34,735 nt of DNA from a virus. Taxonomy: Duplodnaviria; Caudoviricetes. The position numbers and the translations under genes are program-made. Location of the stretch: IMG/VR virus record IMGVR_UViG_3300046786_000014, positions 1 to 34,735 of that record; one strand, 5' to 3'. This document shows positions 33,253 to 34,735 of this stretch, in pieces. The stretch's first letter is position 1. Every line of letters begins with the position of its first letter. The notes under the pieces are model-generated. The model did no database searches and was not told where the DNA came from. It saw only the letters and a list, made by a program, of their open reading frames with translations.

Positions 33253-34188
33253 ATGGAAAACACCAACCCACAAGGGAGTGAAAGCCTAGATGTAAACCAA
33301 GCCGCTTCAGCGTTTATGGGGCTAATGGGTGATTCTAACGAAGCCGAACAAGGCCAATCTGAAGAACAGCCAGAGGAACTACAAGCGTCTGATGAAGCTG
33401 ATGCCGAGTATTCTGAGGAAGAAGAAATCGAGCAACCAAAGCCTAGATATAAAGTTAAAGCTGCTGGTGAGGAGATTGAAGTTGATGAAGAAGAACTCAT
33501 TAAAGGTTATCAGCAAGGTGTAGATTACACTAAAAAGTCTCAGGCTTTAGCTGAACAACGTAAGGCTGTTGAAGCCGAGCGTATTCATTTAGAGCAAGTG
33601 AAACATGAGCGACAGGCATATGCCCAGAAGTTGCAAGCGTTGGATAGCTTCCTTACGCAGCAAAATCAGGGTGTGGACTTAGATGTTCTAAAGGAAACAG
33701 ACCCTATCGGTTATGCGGTAGCGGTAGCTGAACAGAATCAGCGTGAGAAGCAGTTAGCAGTAGTTAGGCAAGAACAGCAACGCATTGCACAACAGCAACA
33801 AGCCGAGCAACAAGCCTCTTTGCAAAACCATCTCCGTCAAGAATCTGAGAAGCTAGTTAGTCTAATTCCTGAGTTGGCTACGCCACAGGGTGATGCGATT
33901 CGGAAACAAATCCGTGATTATGCGAAATCTGTTGGCTGGACTGACCAAGAACTCAGTTCCGTATATGACTCTCGTGCTGTGGTGAGTTTGTATAAAGCAA
34001 TGAAGTATGAGCAACTTCAAAAGAGTAAGCCAGAAGTAACCAAGAAACTTCAAGCTGCTCCTAAGATGATGCGTTCTGGAACTTCTGCGCCTCCTACAAA
34101 GTCATCGCAAGATAAACAGGTAATGCAAAAATTGCGTGAAACTGGAAAAGTTACTGACGCAGCCAAAGCATTTGAACGATTCTTTTAA
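33253..34188 (+). CDS. Capsid scaffolding protein
   Basis: Acidic N-terminus, VK..GEE.EV...EL..GY....DYT.K.Q.LA motif, coiled coil; directly upstream of capsid. Confidence 0.85.
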   Translation: MENTNPQGSESLDVNQAASAFMGLMGDSNEAEQGQSEEQPEELQASDEADAEYSEEEEIEQPKPRYKVKAAGEEIEVDEEELIKGYQQGVDYTKKSQALAEQRKAVEAERIHLEQVKHERQAYAQKLQALDSFLTQQNQGVDLDVLKETDPIGYAVAVAEQNQREKQLAVVRQEQQRIAQQQQAEQQASLQNHLRQESEKLVSLIPELATPQGDAIRKQIRDYAKSVGWTDQELSSVYDSRAVVSLYKAMKYEQLQKSKPEVTKKLQAAPKMMRSGTSAPPTKSSQDKQVMQKLRETGKVTDAAKAFERFF

Positions 34189-34203
34189 TTTTGGAGTTTT
34201 AAA

Positions 34204-34735
34204 ATGGCTACATATCAAACCTATACCGCTATTGGTCAGCGTGAAGACCTGTCTGACGTTATCTATAACATAAGCCCTACAGACACACCTTTCATGTCTT
34301 CAGTTGGCAAGACAAAGGCTACTGCTGTTTATCACGAGTGGCAGACCGACAGCTTGGCTGCTGCTGCTCTGAACGTGACAGTTGAGGGTGCTACTGCATC
34401 TGACGCTACTATGTCTCCTACTTCTCGTGTTGGCAATCGTTGCCAGATTTCACAGAAGACAATCAAGATTTCCAACACCTTGAACGCTGTTGACAAAGCT
34501 GGTCGTCGTTCTGAGAAGGCTTACCAATTGGCTAAGGCTTCTGCTGAAATCAAGCGTGACATGGAACTGACTTGCTTGAGCAACCAAGTTGCAACCAATG
34601 GTAACTCCTCTACTGCTCGTGCTTTGGGTGGTTTGCAAGCATGGTTGTCAACCAACTACTCTGGTGGCACTTCTGGTGTTGCTGGTTCAGGTGGTACAAC
34701 TGCTCGTACAAACGGCACAAACCGCACTTTCACAG
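34204..34735 (+). CDS. Major capsid protein, N-terminal part (continues across the circular junction into 1..552; ~314 aa total; DUF5309/SU10-MCP-like)
   Basis: Not in ORF track. GGAG RBS, ATG 34204, open frame MATYQTYTAIGQREDLSDVIYNISPTDTPFMSSVGKTKATAVYHEWQTDSL...EIKRDME to the window end; follows scaffold gene; in frame with 1..552 through the terminal overlap (34597 = position 1). Confidence 0.9.
   Translation, partial: MATYQTYTAIGQREDLSDVIYNISPTDTPFMSSVGKTKATAVYHEWQTDSLAAAALNVTVEGATASDATMSPTSRVGNRCQISQKTIKISNTLNAVDKAGRRSEKAYQLAKASAEIKRDMELTCLSNQVATNGNSSTARALGGLQAWLSTNYSGGTSGVAGSGGTTARTNGTNRTFT
34597..34735 (+). repeat. Terminal overlap, copy 2
   Basis: Matches 1..139 as above. Confidence 0.95.

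Noticed and set aside
34597-34735. Biological direct terminal repeat
   Set aside because: Falls mid-capsid gene and has the size of an assembler overlap; better explained by circular permutation.
1-34735. Prophage, integrase/att site, or alternative genetic code
   Set aside because: No host genes or recombinase motifs seen; genes tile densely under the standard code with all three stop codons in use.

Overview
The window is essentially one complete, circularly permuted genome (~34.6 kb) of a small tailed dsDNA phage with P22/podovirus-like architecture. The last 139 nt overlap the first 139 nt inside the major capsid gene. Gene order: capsid C-terminal half, head-tail adaptor and gp10-like stabilisation proteins, three ejection-type proteins, two tail fibre genes with an HNH insert and chaperone, a membrane-protein-rich lysis cluster (holin, GH24 lysozyme), a zincin plus metallophosphoesterase pair, a leftward early operon (ERF, SSB, nuclease-like, MazG), a divergent control region with a leaderless cro-like gene, a DUF1376 replication initiator with internal iterons, a Mom-like DNA modifier, nucleases, a separately promoted accessory island, small late genes, TerS/TerL, portal, scaffold and capsid N-terminal half. 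I saw no integrase, CI repressor, DNA polymerase, helicase, tRNA or CRISPR. A betaproteobacterial (Burkholderiales-like) host is only an inference from protein style. Main observations outside the gene list: (1) two early promoters 3.3 kb apart share an operator and a 40-nt leader hairpin with compensatory base changes; (2) tandem cassette genes with identical 40- and 44-bp DNA frames around unrelated Cys/His-rich inserts; (3) GATC seen only once, next to a cassette frame; (4) three TonB-box-like repeats in a head-operon protein; (5) several structured RNA leaders; (6) a candidate virion-delivered effector plus membrane partner. All family calls come from motif recognition by eye, not database searches.
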